DNA from: Thermodesulfovibrionales bacterium
GTDB taxonomy: Bacteria > Nitrospirota > Thermodesulfovibrionia > Thermodesulfovibrionales > SM23-35
Assembly: GCA_031082155.1 (NCBI GenBank)
Contig: JAVHLL010000001.1
Span: 25,058 to 89,057, forward strand
DNA length: 64,000 nt
Reading direction: 5' to 3'
Below the pieces are notes generated by a model, which searched no databases, was not told the origin of the DNA, and was given only the letters and a program-made list of their open reading frames with translations. Of the stretch, positions 56,502 to 64,000 are shown piece by piece. How positions within the stretch are numbered: the stretch's first letter is position 1; each line of letters starts with the position of its first letter. The position numbers were made by a program, and so were the translations under genes.

Positions 56502-57239
56502 CTATACGACTTTTCTTTCGAGTTCCACTGAAAAATGGAATCTGTCCGGCCTTTTCACTGACCGCGCATACATGATCGTGGTTTCGCCGGAATAAAAGTG
56601 CTGGATCAGCAATATCGCCGGTGAACCTTCCTCCAATCCGAAAACCCTGGCTTCATCTGCGCTTAGGCGGGTGATATCCATGAAGTTTTTTGCCTGTGTT
56701 ATCTTTATTCCGTACTTCTTGTCGAAAATCTCGAAGAGTGAATGATTCTCAATGTCATCTTCTAAAAGGAGAGGGCAGATATGATAAGGGATATAATTTT
56801 CCTGGAGCAATACCGGTTCATCCTGAACGGTCCATATCCTTCTTATATAGATGATATGTTTGTCATGAGTGATATCGAGCCTTTGATCCAGGTCATCAAC
56901 AGGCATCATGACAGTTCTGGCCAACACCCTTGGTGCGATTTCAATCCCTTCTTCCAGGAGAAGTTCCTTCAGGCTGGTCTGCATATTCAACCCTTCGGAA
57001 ATGATGTTTTTATTTACAAAGGTGCCTTTTCCCTGCTGGCGTTTCAGGTACCCCTGCCTGACAAGTTCAAGAATCGCTGTTCTGACTGTGGCTCTGCTGA
57101 CACCAAACATCCTGCAGAGCTCGTCTTCAGTAGGGATCTGTGCTCCGACTTGCCATTCACTGCTCTCGATTTTTTTTCTCAGAATTTCGTAGAGCTGAAA
57201 GTAAAGTTTTTGATGATCTTCTCTGTCGATTAGTTCCAT
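56502..57239 (-). CDS. GntR/UTRA regulator, paralog 4
   Basis: MELIDREDHQKLYFQLYEILRKKIESSEWQVGAQIPTEDELCRMFGVSRATVRTAILELVRQGYLKRQQGKGTF. It is divergent from the PEP-utilising enzyme gene. Confidence 0.9.
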   Translation of the reverse strand: MELIDREDHQKLYFQLYEILRKKIESSEWQVGAQIPTEDELCRMFGVSRATVRTAILELVRQGYLKRQQGKGTFVNKNIISEGLNMQTSLKELLLEEGIEIAPRVLARTVMMPVDDLDQRLDITHDKHIIYIRRIWTVQDEPVLLQENYIPYHICPLLLEDDIENHSLFEIFDKKYGIKITQAKNFMDITRLSADEARVFGLEEGSPAILLIQHFYSGETTIMYARSVKRPDRFHFSVELERKVV

Positions 57240-57253
57240 AATATCTACCTAAG

Positions 57254-57273
57254 GTAATAATGTTATTACAAAA
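57254..57273. promoter_or_regulatory. candidate GntR operator palindrome
   Basis: GTAATAA-TG-TTATTAC is a perfect 7-bp dyad of GT...AC type. It lies 15 nt upstream of the GntR ATG and about 45 nt upstream of the divergent promoter. It matches 21901-21920 at 17 of 20 positions. Confidence 0.4.
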
Positions 57274-57313
57274 TAATATTATTTTGCACTTATGGTAATA
57301 GTATCTCCTGAAC

Positions 57314-57342
57314 TTGTCAAGAGTTTTTGGCGCAGGTATAAT
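57314..57342 (+). promoter_or_regulatory. near-consensus sigma-70 promoter, apparently producing a leaderless mRNA
   Basis: TTGTCA at 57314-57319, a 17-nt spacer, then TATAAT at 57337-57342. The ATG at 57349 begins 6 nt after the -10 box, and no SD is present. Confidence 0.5.
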
Positions 57343-57348
57343 TATTTC

Positions 57349-59928
57349 ATGTTCAATATTTCGAAATTATTCAAAAAAAACGCCAAATCGGCACAACAGA
57401 CCGAGACTGCCAAAATAGTATTAACGCGCAGATATCATGCATTTCAGAAGCTCCTTGCAGCAAATAACCAGGTCCTCGAATTGATGGCGGATATGGAGGA
57501 AAAGTCTTCCGGTGAATACCTTTTTGATATGCATTACATCAAAACAAGTTCACGACTTATCGGTCATAAGGTCTTGACGATCATTAAAAGCCTGAACGAC
57601 CTCTCCAGGGACAAGTATCTGATATTTGAAAAAATTCATGAGAACATTCAGCAGGGAGTGGATGAAATACTCGAACATAAGATGGAAGTGCCTGTCAGTG
57701 ACCTTGTGATTCCCCTTGAAGAGCTCTCAAGCAGGGAGGTGACTGTCGCAGGAGGAAAAATCGCAAACCTGGGTGAGATAAAGGGAAGACTTAATCTTCC
57801 CGCACCCTGGGGATTTGTGATCAGTTCCTATGCATTTGTCAAATTCATGGATCATAACAAACTATCCGAAAAAATCAGTGAAAAACTTTTGTCACTCCGC
57901 ATTGATAATCTGGAAGAATTAAACAGGTTCAGCAAGGAGATTTACTCCCTGATCCTTGAATCTGAAATCCCGCCGGATCTTGATGAAGCCATACAGGGCG
58001 CATATTCAGGTCTTTTAAAGAAGGCTGGCAAACAGGCGATGGTATCGGTAAGAAGCAGCGCAATCAGGGAAGACAGCGAATTCAGTTTCGCAGGGCAGTA
58101 TGCCACGTTCCTTAACGTTACCGGCGATGCGATAGTTCAAAAATATAAAGAGGTTGTGGCAAGTCTTTTTACCCCGAGGGCAATGTTTTATTCCAAGACA
58201 AAAGGTTTCTCGCAGGATGAGATGGTCATGGCTGTGGGGGTTTTACATATGGTAGATGCGTCAGCCGGCGGGGTAATGTATACGAGGGACCCTACCGACG
58301 CTGAGAAAGACCACATATTAATAAACAGTGTCTATGGTCTAGGGAAGGCCGTTGTCGACGGAACGTTTTCAACCGATACTTTCACCGTTTCGCGGCACCC
58401 TGCCGGTTCCCTAATCAGCAGGAATATCGTGCATAAGGATAAGATGCTCATATGCAGGGAAGACGGCGGAATCGAAGAAATACCAGTCACGGAAGACCGC
58501 AGAGAGACCCCGAGCCTTACCGACGAACAGATAAACACCCTGGCGCACTATGGCCTCGAACTGGAAAATCACTTCGGTGCTGCCCAGGACATTGAATTTG
58601 CGGTGGGATCTGACGGGCAGATATATCTTCTCCAGTCAAGACCCCTGCAAATAGTTTTTTCAGGTGCTGCAACCGGGCCGTCTCTTCCCACGCGGATGGA
58701 AGGGTACAATGTTATCCTCGACAAGGGGGTCATCGCGAGCAAAGGGATTGGATATGGGAAGGCATTTATCCTCAAGGATGACGAGGAACTCAAAGAGTTT
58801 CCTGAAGGGGCTGTGCTCGTCGCAAAACATACCAATCCGAAATATGTCACGATCATGAACAAGGCTGCTGCTATCATTACCGATGTGGGCAGTGCCACAG
58901 GACATATGGCTTCTCTTTCGAGGGAATACCGGGTGCCGACCATTCTTGACGCAGAGGTTGCGACAGGCATCATCAAAGACGGGCAGGAAATCACAGTCGA
59001 TGCAATCAACTGCAATATTTACGAAGGCAAAGTAGACGAACTTATCGAATATGCGAGGAAAAAGAAAGAACCGTTCAGGGATACCCATCTGTTTAAAACA
59101 CTCGAAAAGATCCTGAAATGGATCGTGCCGCTAAGTTTAACTGATCCCCAGGGGGAGGACTTCAGCCCCCAGAATTGCAAGACTTATCATGACATAACCC
59201 GGTTTGCTCACGAAATGGCGATGCATGAAATGTTCAACCTTGGTGAAAGTCAGGACATGGATGAAGTGAAGCCCGTTACCCTTATCGCCGGAATTCCCGT
59301 GAATGTGCAGTTGCTGGATCTTGACGGAGGCATCAGGGAGAATATCAAGAAGGCAACACCGGAGGATATATATTCTGTTCCTTTTTCTGCGATACTGAAA
59401 GGCATGAAGAATATGAAATGGCCGGGGCCTCCGCCTGCGGATGCGAAAGGGTTTCTCGGCATGCTTGCTCATACTGCTTCTGTCCCTGAGAACCAGCTTC
59501 AGGAAATGGGGAAGAGCAGTTACGGAGTGGTATCGAAGCACTACATGAATTTCAGTATACGGCTCGGCTATCATTTTTCACTCATTGAAGCGTATGCGGG
59601 TGAGAACATCAATGATAACTATATCAAATTCTTCTTTAAGGGAGGGGGAGCTGCTCAGGACAGGAGATTGAGAAGAGTAAGGCTTATTACGGAGATTCTG
59701 AAACACATGGACTTCAGAGTTACTGTCACTGAGGATGTGATTGATGCAGTCATGACAAAATATAAACAGGAGAAGATTGAACAGAAGCTGATGATCCTGG
59801 GAAAATTCACTGCCTATACGAAACAGCTCGATATGGTCATGTATAATGACGCCATAACAGATATGTACATCGACCAGTTCGTGAAAGAACATATAAAAAA
59901 GCCGTCAAGCACGCCAGATGGACAGTAG
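57349..59928 (+). CDS. atypical PEP/pyruvate-binding, PEP-utilising (phosphohistidine swivel) enzyme with non-canonical C-terminal domain
   Basis: The PPDK_N-type ATP-grasp region reads VAGGKIANLGEI...VSVRSSAIREDS..SFAGQY. The swivel domain reads LVAKHTNPKYVTIMNKAAAIITDVGSATGHMASLSREYRVPTI. The last ~290 aa lack the TIM-barrel motifs of PpsA/PPDK that I know. The start is either 57349 or 57292. Confidence 0.8.
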   Translation: MFNISKLFKKNAKSAQQTETAKIVLTRRYHAFQKLLAANNQVLELMADMEEKSSGEYLFDMHYIKTSSRLIGHKVLTIIKSLNDLSRDKYLIFEKIHENIQQGVDEILEHKMEVPVSDLVIPLEELSSREVTVAGGKIANLGEIKGRLNLPAPWGFVISSYAFVKFMDHNKLSEKISEKLLSLRIDNLEELNRFSKEIYSLILESEIPPDLDEAIQGAYSGLLKKAGKQAMVSVRSSAIREDSEFSFAGQYATFLNVTGDAIVQKYKEVVASLFTPRAMFYSKTKGFSQDEMVMAVGVLHMVDASAGGVMYTRDPTDAEKDHILINSVYGLGKAVVDGTFSTDTFTVSRHPAGSLISRNIVHKDKMLICREDGGIEEIPVTEDRRETPSLTDEQINTLAHYGLELENHFGAAQDIEFAVGSDGQIYLLQSRPLQIVFSGAATGPSLPTRMEGYNVILDKGVIASKGIGYGKAFILKDDEELKEFPEGAVLVAKHTNPKYVTIMNKAAAIITDVGSATGHMASLSREYRVPTILDAEVATGIIKDGQEITVDAINCNIYEGKVDELIEYARKKKEPFRDTHLFKTLEKILKWIVPLSLTDPQGEDFSPQNCKTYHDITRFAHEMAMHEMFNLGESQDMDEVKPVTLIAGIPVNVQLLDLDGGIRENIKKATPEDIYSVPFSAILKGMKNMKWPGPPPADAKGFLGMLAHTASVPENQLQEMGKSSYGVVSKHYMNFSIRLGYHFSLIEAYAGENINDNYIKFFFKGGGAAQDRRLRRVRLITEILKHMDFRVTVTEDVIDAVMTKYKQEKIEQKLMILGKFTAYTKQLDMVMYNDAITDMYIDQFVKEHIKKPSSTPDGQ

Positions 59929-59983
59929 AAAGCTGATGCCTCACCAATCTGTCAGGTTTTTCTCTCGGTCACTCTTTCACTCG

Positions 59984-60403
59984 CTAATCGCCCTTTTTCA
60001 GCTGCTCCCTGAGCAGCTTGTTCTCTTTCTGTAAACTGATCCATTTCATTGCCCGGTCGATGGTGAAAAGTATCTGCTCTTTTCTGAACGGTTTGCTGAT
60101 GAAATCGAATCCCCCCTTCTGGATTGCCTCGGTTGCGGATTCCACCGTCGCATATGCAGTGATGAAAATAACAGGTATGTCCGGGTTGTCTTTTTTCACG
60201 GCATCGAGGAGTTCAATTCCGTCAAGCCCGGGCATCTTCAGATCCGTAATGACCAGGGCAAAGACTCCCTGCTTTGCGAGTTCCACTGCCTCGATAGGGT
60301 TATTGGTTGTGGTAACTTCGTACCCCGTCTTGTCCCTGAGCATCATGCTCAGAAGTTTCAGCATGTCAGGCTCGTCATCGACGACTAATATTTTCTCTGC
60401 CAT
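59984..60403 (-). CDS. single-domain response regulator (REC only)
   Basis: ILVVDDE...LVITDLKMPGLDG...FISKPF. 139 aa. Confidence 0.9.
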   Translation of the reverse strand: MAEKILVVDDEPDMLKLLSMMLRDKTGYEVTTTNNPIEAVELAKQGVFALVITDLKMPGLDGIELLDAVKKDNPDIPVIFITAYATVESATEAIQKGGFDFISKPFRKEQILFTIDRAMKWISLQKENKLLREQLKKGD

Positions 60404-60424
60404 TGAGACCTCCTCCCTGTGTTT

Positions 60425-62680
60425 TTACTGCTCAGTTTTTTTCTTTTGGAAAATTGGGATGGTTACGATGAATACTGTTCCCGGATTGTCTGATTCCTCT
60501 TTTGTCTGCGTCTCAAACGTTATCGATCCTCCATGCTTTGTGATGATTCCGTATGAGACAGAAAGCCCGAGTCCGGTCCCCTGTCCGACTTCCTTTGTAG
60601 TAAAGAGCGGGTCGAATATCCTGCCGCGGTGGTCCGGTTTAATGCCATGTCCGCTGTCGGCGATCCTTACCGTAACTTTCTCGTCCGGAAGTGAATTCGT
60701 CGTAATGGTTAATGTCCCGCCTCCTTTCATCGCATGAATTGCGTTATTAATGATGTTGAAAAAAACCTGCTGCAGTTCGCCGGAATCACCCCGGATCATC
60801 GGCAGGTCAGTCTTCAGGTTTTTGAAGATGGTTATCTTGGACAGGGTCAGCGTATTCCCCATGACCGCCAGAACGGTTTCGATATTCTTGTTGAGGTCAA
60901 CTTCCTCAAGCCGATGCTCCTTATGCCGTGCGAAACTGAGGAGATTCTCAACGACCCTCTTTGCGTTGAGGCCTTGTCGCTCTATTGTCTTTAAAAGGTC
61001 ATATGCCTCTGAATCAGGGGGCGCTTTCTCGATGAGCATGTCGGTGAACCCCAGGATGACGGTGAGCGGGTTGTTGATTTCATGGGCTACCCCGGCTGCA
61101 AGCGTACCCATCGATGCGAGTTTTTCTGTGTAATAACTGTGCTCCTCCATCTTTTTCCTCTCGGTGATGTCCCGTGAAATACCGAGGACAGCATAGATGT
61201 TCCCTGTCTCGTCCCATAACCTTCTGAGATTGGTGCTGAACCAGTATTGCTGGTCTTCTATGATTACCATGTGGATCAGATGTCTGCTTTCCTGCGCATC
61301 GAATACCTTCCGGATCATGAGCTGAATCACCTCTCCGCTTGGCCATGCGAAGATCTCTGACAGGTGAAGCCCGATTACCTCGGGTTCGTTTTTCTTGAAG
61401 AAATCCGCTCCGTATTTGTTTATGGAGAGGAAGTTCCCGTTGTAATCCACGGTGAAGATGATGTCTTCTGCGTTTTCGATGAGAGACTTGTACCGCTGCT
61501 CTGATTTTTTGAGTTCGATAGTCTTTTTTGTGACCTCCTGCTCAAGTGTATTCGACCAGCTCAGGATCATGAAGTTTATGAATAACCCGCCGAAAAGGAT
61601 GAGAAAGATGATGAGCGCCTGCAGGAGCATCTGCCGCTGCTGTATTTCGTGAATCGGGCCCTCAATCTCACTGACAGGCGCTACGACCGCTACGGACCAT
61701 ATACGGCCCTTCTCTTTCTCATCGAAGGAAATCGGGGTGTACGCAATCAGCTTTTTAATTTCCCCTTCAACCCCTCTGTGCCAGCCTGAAATATACCAGC
61801 TCGTCCCCTCTTCGCCTTTCAGCATTTTATCTTTCTGGATCTCATTGATCCTGGCAAATGAAATGGTGGGCTTTTTCCCTTTCCTCGCCTCGAACGCGTT
61901 TTTCCCGATGAACGATTCGTCCTGGTGGTAGAGGAACGTGCCATTTTCATCAATAACCCATGAGTAACCTGTTTTTCCCGAGCGGATCTCTTTGTTGATA
62001 TTGCCAATGAGCCTGCTTACGTCGAGCACAAAGACCAGGACCCCTGAAAACTTATTGGTCGCAACGGGGTGAGATTCGTCGACGGATATCTGCCATACGG
62101 GGATGACCATCCGCATAATCGGCCGCGGAGAGTCACCATTGAACTGCATGGTTGAGATGCTGGTAAAAATTATCTGACCGATATTTTCTTTTTTTTGAGC
62201 CCATGCTATATGTGACGCATCATCGGGATCCATCGTCTCTAAAGAACATACATGCTGGTCTGTTACGTGGTACACCCTCTCGTTTTTCGGTTCTATCAGG
62301 CGTATTTCGAGCGTACCTTCATGTTTGATGCTCGAGAATGCAATGTCCATCCTGTTGATCAGCCATGTTGTCTCTATATACTGAAGAGAGGGCGAGATGC
62401 TCAGGAGCTGGAGCTCTCTCTTCAGGGATTCGATGCTGTTTTCGATCTGAGTGGCTGCATGGCGCGCGAGCACCAGCTGCTGCTGGTTAAAATCCTCCGT
62501 AACAATCTCCTTCACCTTTTGTGAAGAGAGCCAACCGAGGATAAGGACAGTGCCCATGAGCAAAGTCATGATGATCCCTACGAGTGCCTTGAAATATTTG
62601 ATATTAAAAGGATGATATTTTTCGACAAAAGACAGGAATATCTGCCTGATATTCGAGAAGAAAGTCGTTTTGGCTGCCAA
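60425..62680 (-). CDS. sensor histidine kinase (Cache-like periplasmic domain, PAS, HisKA, HATPase)
   Basis: TTG start after AGGAGAA. Two TM segments flank a ~300-aa extracytoplasmic region. PAS is present (YKSLIENAEDIIFTVD). The H-box is AAGVAHEINNPLTVILG, G1 DSGHGI and G2 GTGLGLS. Confidence 0.9.
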   Translation of the reverse strand: MAAKTTFFSNIRQIFLSFVEKYHPFNIKYFKALVGIIMTLLMGTVLILGWLSSQKVKEIVTEDFNQQQLVLARHAATQIENSIESLKRELQLLSISPSLQYIETTWLINRMDIAFSSIKHEGTLEIRLIEPKNERVYHVTDQHVCSLETMDPDDASHIAWAQKKENIGQIIFTSISTMQFNGDSPRPIMRMVIPVWQISVDESHPVATNKFSGVLVFVLDVSRLIGNINKEIRSGKTGYSWVIDENGTFLYHQDESFIGKNAFEARKGKKPTISFARINEIQKDKMLKGEEGTSWYISGWHRGVEGEIKKLIAYTPISFDEKEKGRIWSVAVVAPVSEIEGPIHEIQQRQMLLQALIIFLILFGGLFINFMILSWSNTLEQEVTKKTIELKKSEQRYKSLIENAEDIIFTVDYNGNFLSINKYGADFFKKNEPEVIGLHLSEIFAWPSGEVIQLMIRKVFDAQESRHLIHMVIIEDQQYWFSTNLRRLWDETGNIYAVLGISRDITERKKMEEHSYYTEKLASMGTLAAGVAHEINNPLTVILGFTDMLIEKAPPDSEAYDLLKTIERQGLNAKRVVENLLSFARHKEHRLEEVDLNKNIETVLAVMGNTLTLSKITIFKNLKTDLPMIRGDSGELQQVFFNIINNAIHAMKGGGTLTITTNSLPDEKVTVRIADSGHGIKPDHRGRIFDPLFTTKEVGQGTGLGLSVSYGIITKHGGSITFETQTKEESDNPGTVFIVTIPIFQKKKTEQ

Positions 62681-63061
62681 GGATTCTCCTGCTGTGTGAC
62701 CGTTTTTGTTTTTTACAATAACAGATTATCGGGGAAAAGTTAAGGGGGATACCCCGGCGGAAATTCCCCTGTTGCAGTTATTCGGCAGTAACTTTAAGGA
62801 GAGGCTATCCATCACTTGATATCCAAATATTCAGTCATCCCTCGACGTGATCAGGGCATCCAGTCTTTTTAGTCAACAAAGAATCCCCCGATGCGCTGCA
62901 TCGGGACTAATATTTTCCTTAATTCTGTCGTTCATGGTTGACAGGAATCCTTCCGGGGTGATGCGTTCTCCACAACAATACAGTAAAGCAAAGAAAGAGT
63001 CCGGACAATCCGGAATGACAGCCAGAGACAAGGAGTCCCGTAGATCTTTGCTCCACAGTAC

Positions 63062-63090
63062 TTGACAGATACAGGGAGATAGTATAGTAT
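63062..63090 (+). promoter_or_regulatory. sigma-70-type promoter of the TrmB-family gene
   Basis: TTGACA at 63062-63067, a 17-nt spacer, then TAGTAT at 63085-63090, 20 nt before the ATG. Confidence 0.5.
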
Positions 63091-63110
63091 TCACTACCAA
63101 GGTAGTTAAT

Positions 63111-63917
63111 ATGGATAAGACGCTTTCTCATCTTACAGAACTCGGACTCTCGGAATATGAGGGAAGGGCGTATATTTCCCTGCTCAGGAACAGCCCGGTC
63201 ACTGCATATGAAATCAGCAAGCACTCAGGGATACCGACGTCAAAGGTCTACGAAGTGCTCAGGAAGCTTTCAGAAAAAGGGATGATTGCCCTCTTTGAGA
63301 GCGAAAAGACGAAGAGATATATCCCGGTCGAACCTGGAATATTTCTCGAACGACACAGAAGCAGAACAGAAGCTGTTGTAAAAACCCTGAAAAGTGAACT
63401 CACGGCCCTGGATGATACACTGGATTTTTCCTCGATCTGGAATATAAACGATTACGATTATCTGATGAACCAGGTCATTCAGATGATTCAAAGTGCGGCG
63501 CAGGTTGTGCTGCTGTCAATCTGGAAGGAAGAGCTTGAACAGATCGAGTCCGTTGTGCATGATGCCGTGTCGAGAAATATCAGGGTCGCTATTGTGCATT
63601 TCGGTCAGACACGGTTTAAATACGGGCAGCTTTACCAGCATCCCATCGAGGATACTCTCTATCAGGAAAAAGGAGGGAGAGGGCTCGTTGCGGTAACCGA
63701 TTCCAGTGAAGTACTGATGGGGACAATATTCAAATACAGGAGGGTGAACGGTGCCTGGAGCCGGAACAGGGGGTTTATTACCATGGCTGAGGACTATATC
63801 AAGCATGATATCTATATTATGAAAATCATCAGGCGGCATGACAATCTGCTGAAGTCCAGATTCGGCAGCAGATACGAAAAAATGCGTGATGTTTTTTCTG
63901 ACGAGGAGGTCGCATGA
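63111..63917 (+). CDS. TrmB-family transcriptional regulator
   Basis: [52 protein letters not shown] is the TrmB-type winged HTH. The C-terminal domain is TrmB-like. Confidence 0.8.
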   Translation: MDKTLSHLTELGLSEYEGRAYISLLRNSPVTAYEISKHSGIPTSKVYEVLRKLSEKGMIALFESEKTKRYIPVEPGIFLERHRSRTEAVVKTLKSELTALDDTLDFSSIWNINDYDYLMNQVIQMIQSAAQVVLLSIWKEELEQIESVVHDAVSRNIRVAIVHFGQTRFKYGQLYQHPIEDTLYQEKGGRGLVAVTDSSEVLMGTIFKYRRVNGAWSRNRGFITMAEDYIKHDIYIMKIIRRHDNLLKSRFGSRYEKMRDVFSDEEVA

Positions 63918-64000
63918 AAGTTTACATTGACGGTAAATATTATGACAAGCCGGATGCCCGGATATCCGTATTCGACCACGGACTGCTCTATGGAGACGGG
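63914..64000 (+). CDS. ilvE: branched-chain amino acid aminotransferase (class IV), 5' end only
   Basis: [28 protein letters not shown]... is the typical class-IV aminotransferase N-terminus. The ATG overlaps the TrmB stop (ATGA). The gene is truncated by the window edge. Confidence 0.65.
   Translation, partial: MKVYIDGKYYDKPDARISVFDHGLLYGDG

Overview
The window looks like chromosomal DNA from a signalling-rich, probably anaerobic bacterium. I cannot assign taxonomy from the sequence alone. I saw no rRNA, tRNA, CRISPR array, transposase or phage genes.

Layout:
- 1-11.8 kb, housekeeping: DUF507-like genes, a GGDEF cyclase, infC with a non-canonical start, a cold-shock gene, a CIRCE-controlled hrcA-grpE-dnaK-dnaJ operon, rsmE, a REC-PAS regulator, an RRM protein and rpsU.
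- 12-18.1 kb, minus-strand nitrogen-assimilation block: mini HTH_8 protein, outer-membrane porin, amt, glnK, a second amt and glnA. A shared palindromic motif lies upstream of sigma-54-like promoters.
- 18.5-21 kb: uup and a YkgJ-type Cys-cluster protein.
- 21-57 kb, accessory-looking region built from a recurring module: a paralogous GntR/UTRA regulator, a stand-alone CBS-pair protein and an ion/anion permease.
  - Module content: four GntR copies, all starting MELIDREDH; six CBS genes, one truncated to 44 aa; permeases of SulP, 2x DASS, 2x ArsB/CitMHS-like and NhaD type.
  - Within it: a 1403-bp perfect direct repeat 5145 bp apart, an inverted paralogous gene pair, and an AT-rich island carrying a NYN/LOTUS gene.
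  - Interleaved: a dense two-component cluster (two paralogous sensor kinases, five receiver-only proteins, one degenerate Spo0B-like kinase), cation exchangers (CaCA, CPA2), htpX, glgB, an LCIB-like putative carbonic anhydrase and an atypical PEP-utilising enzyme.
- 60-64 kb: HK/RR pair, TrmB-family regulator and the start of ilvE.

The most interesting candidate system is the repeated GntR-CBS-permease cassette with translationally coupled CBS/permease pairs. Next are the His-Asp-His-Asp-like relay and the nitrogen-operon palindromes with a free-standing HTH_8 mini-protein. All family calls rest on motif recognition by eye. No searches were run.
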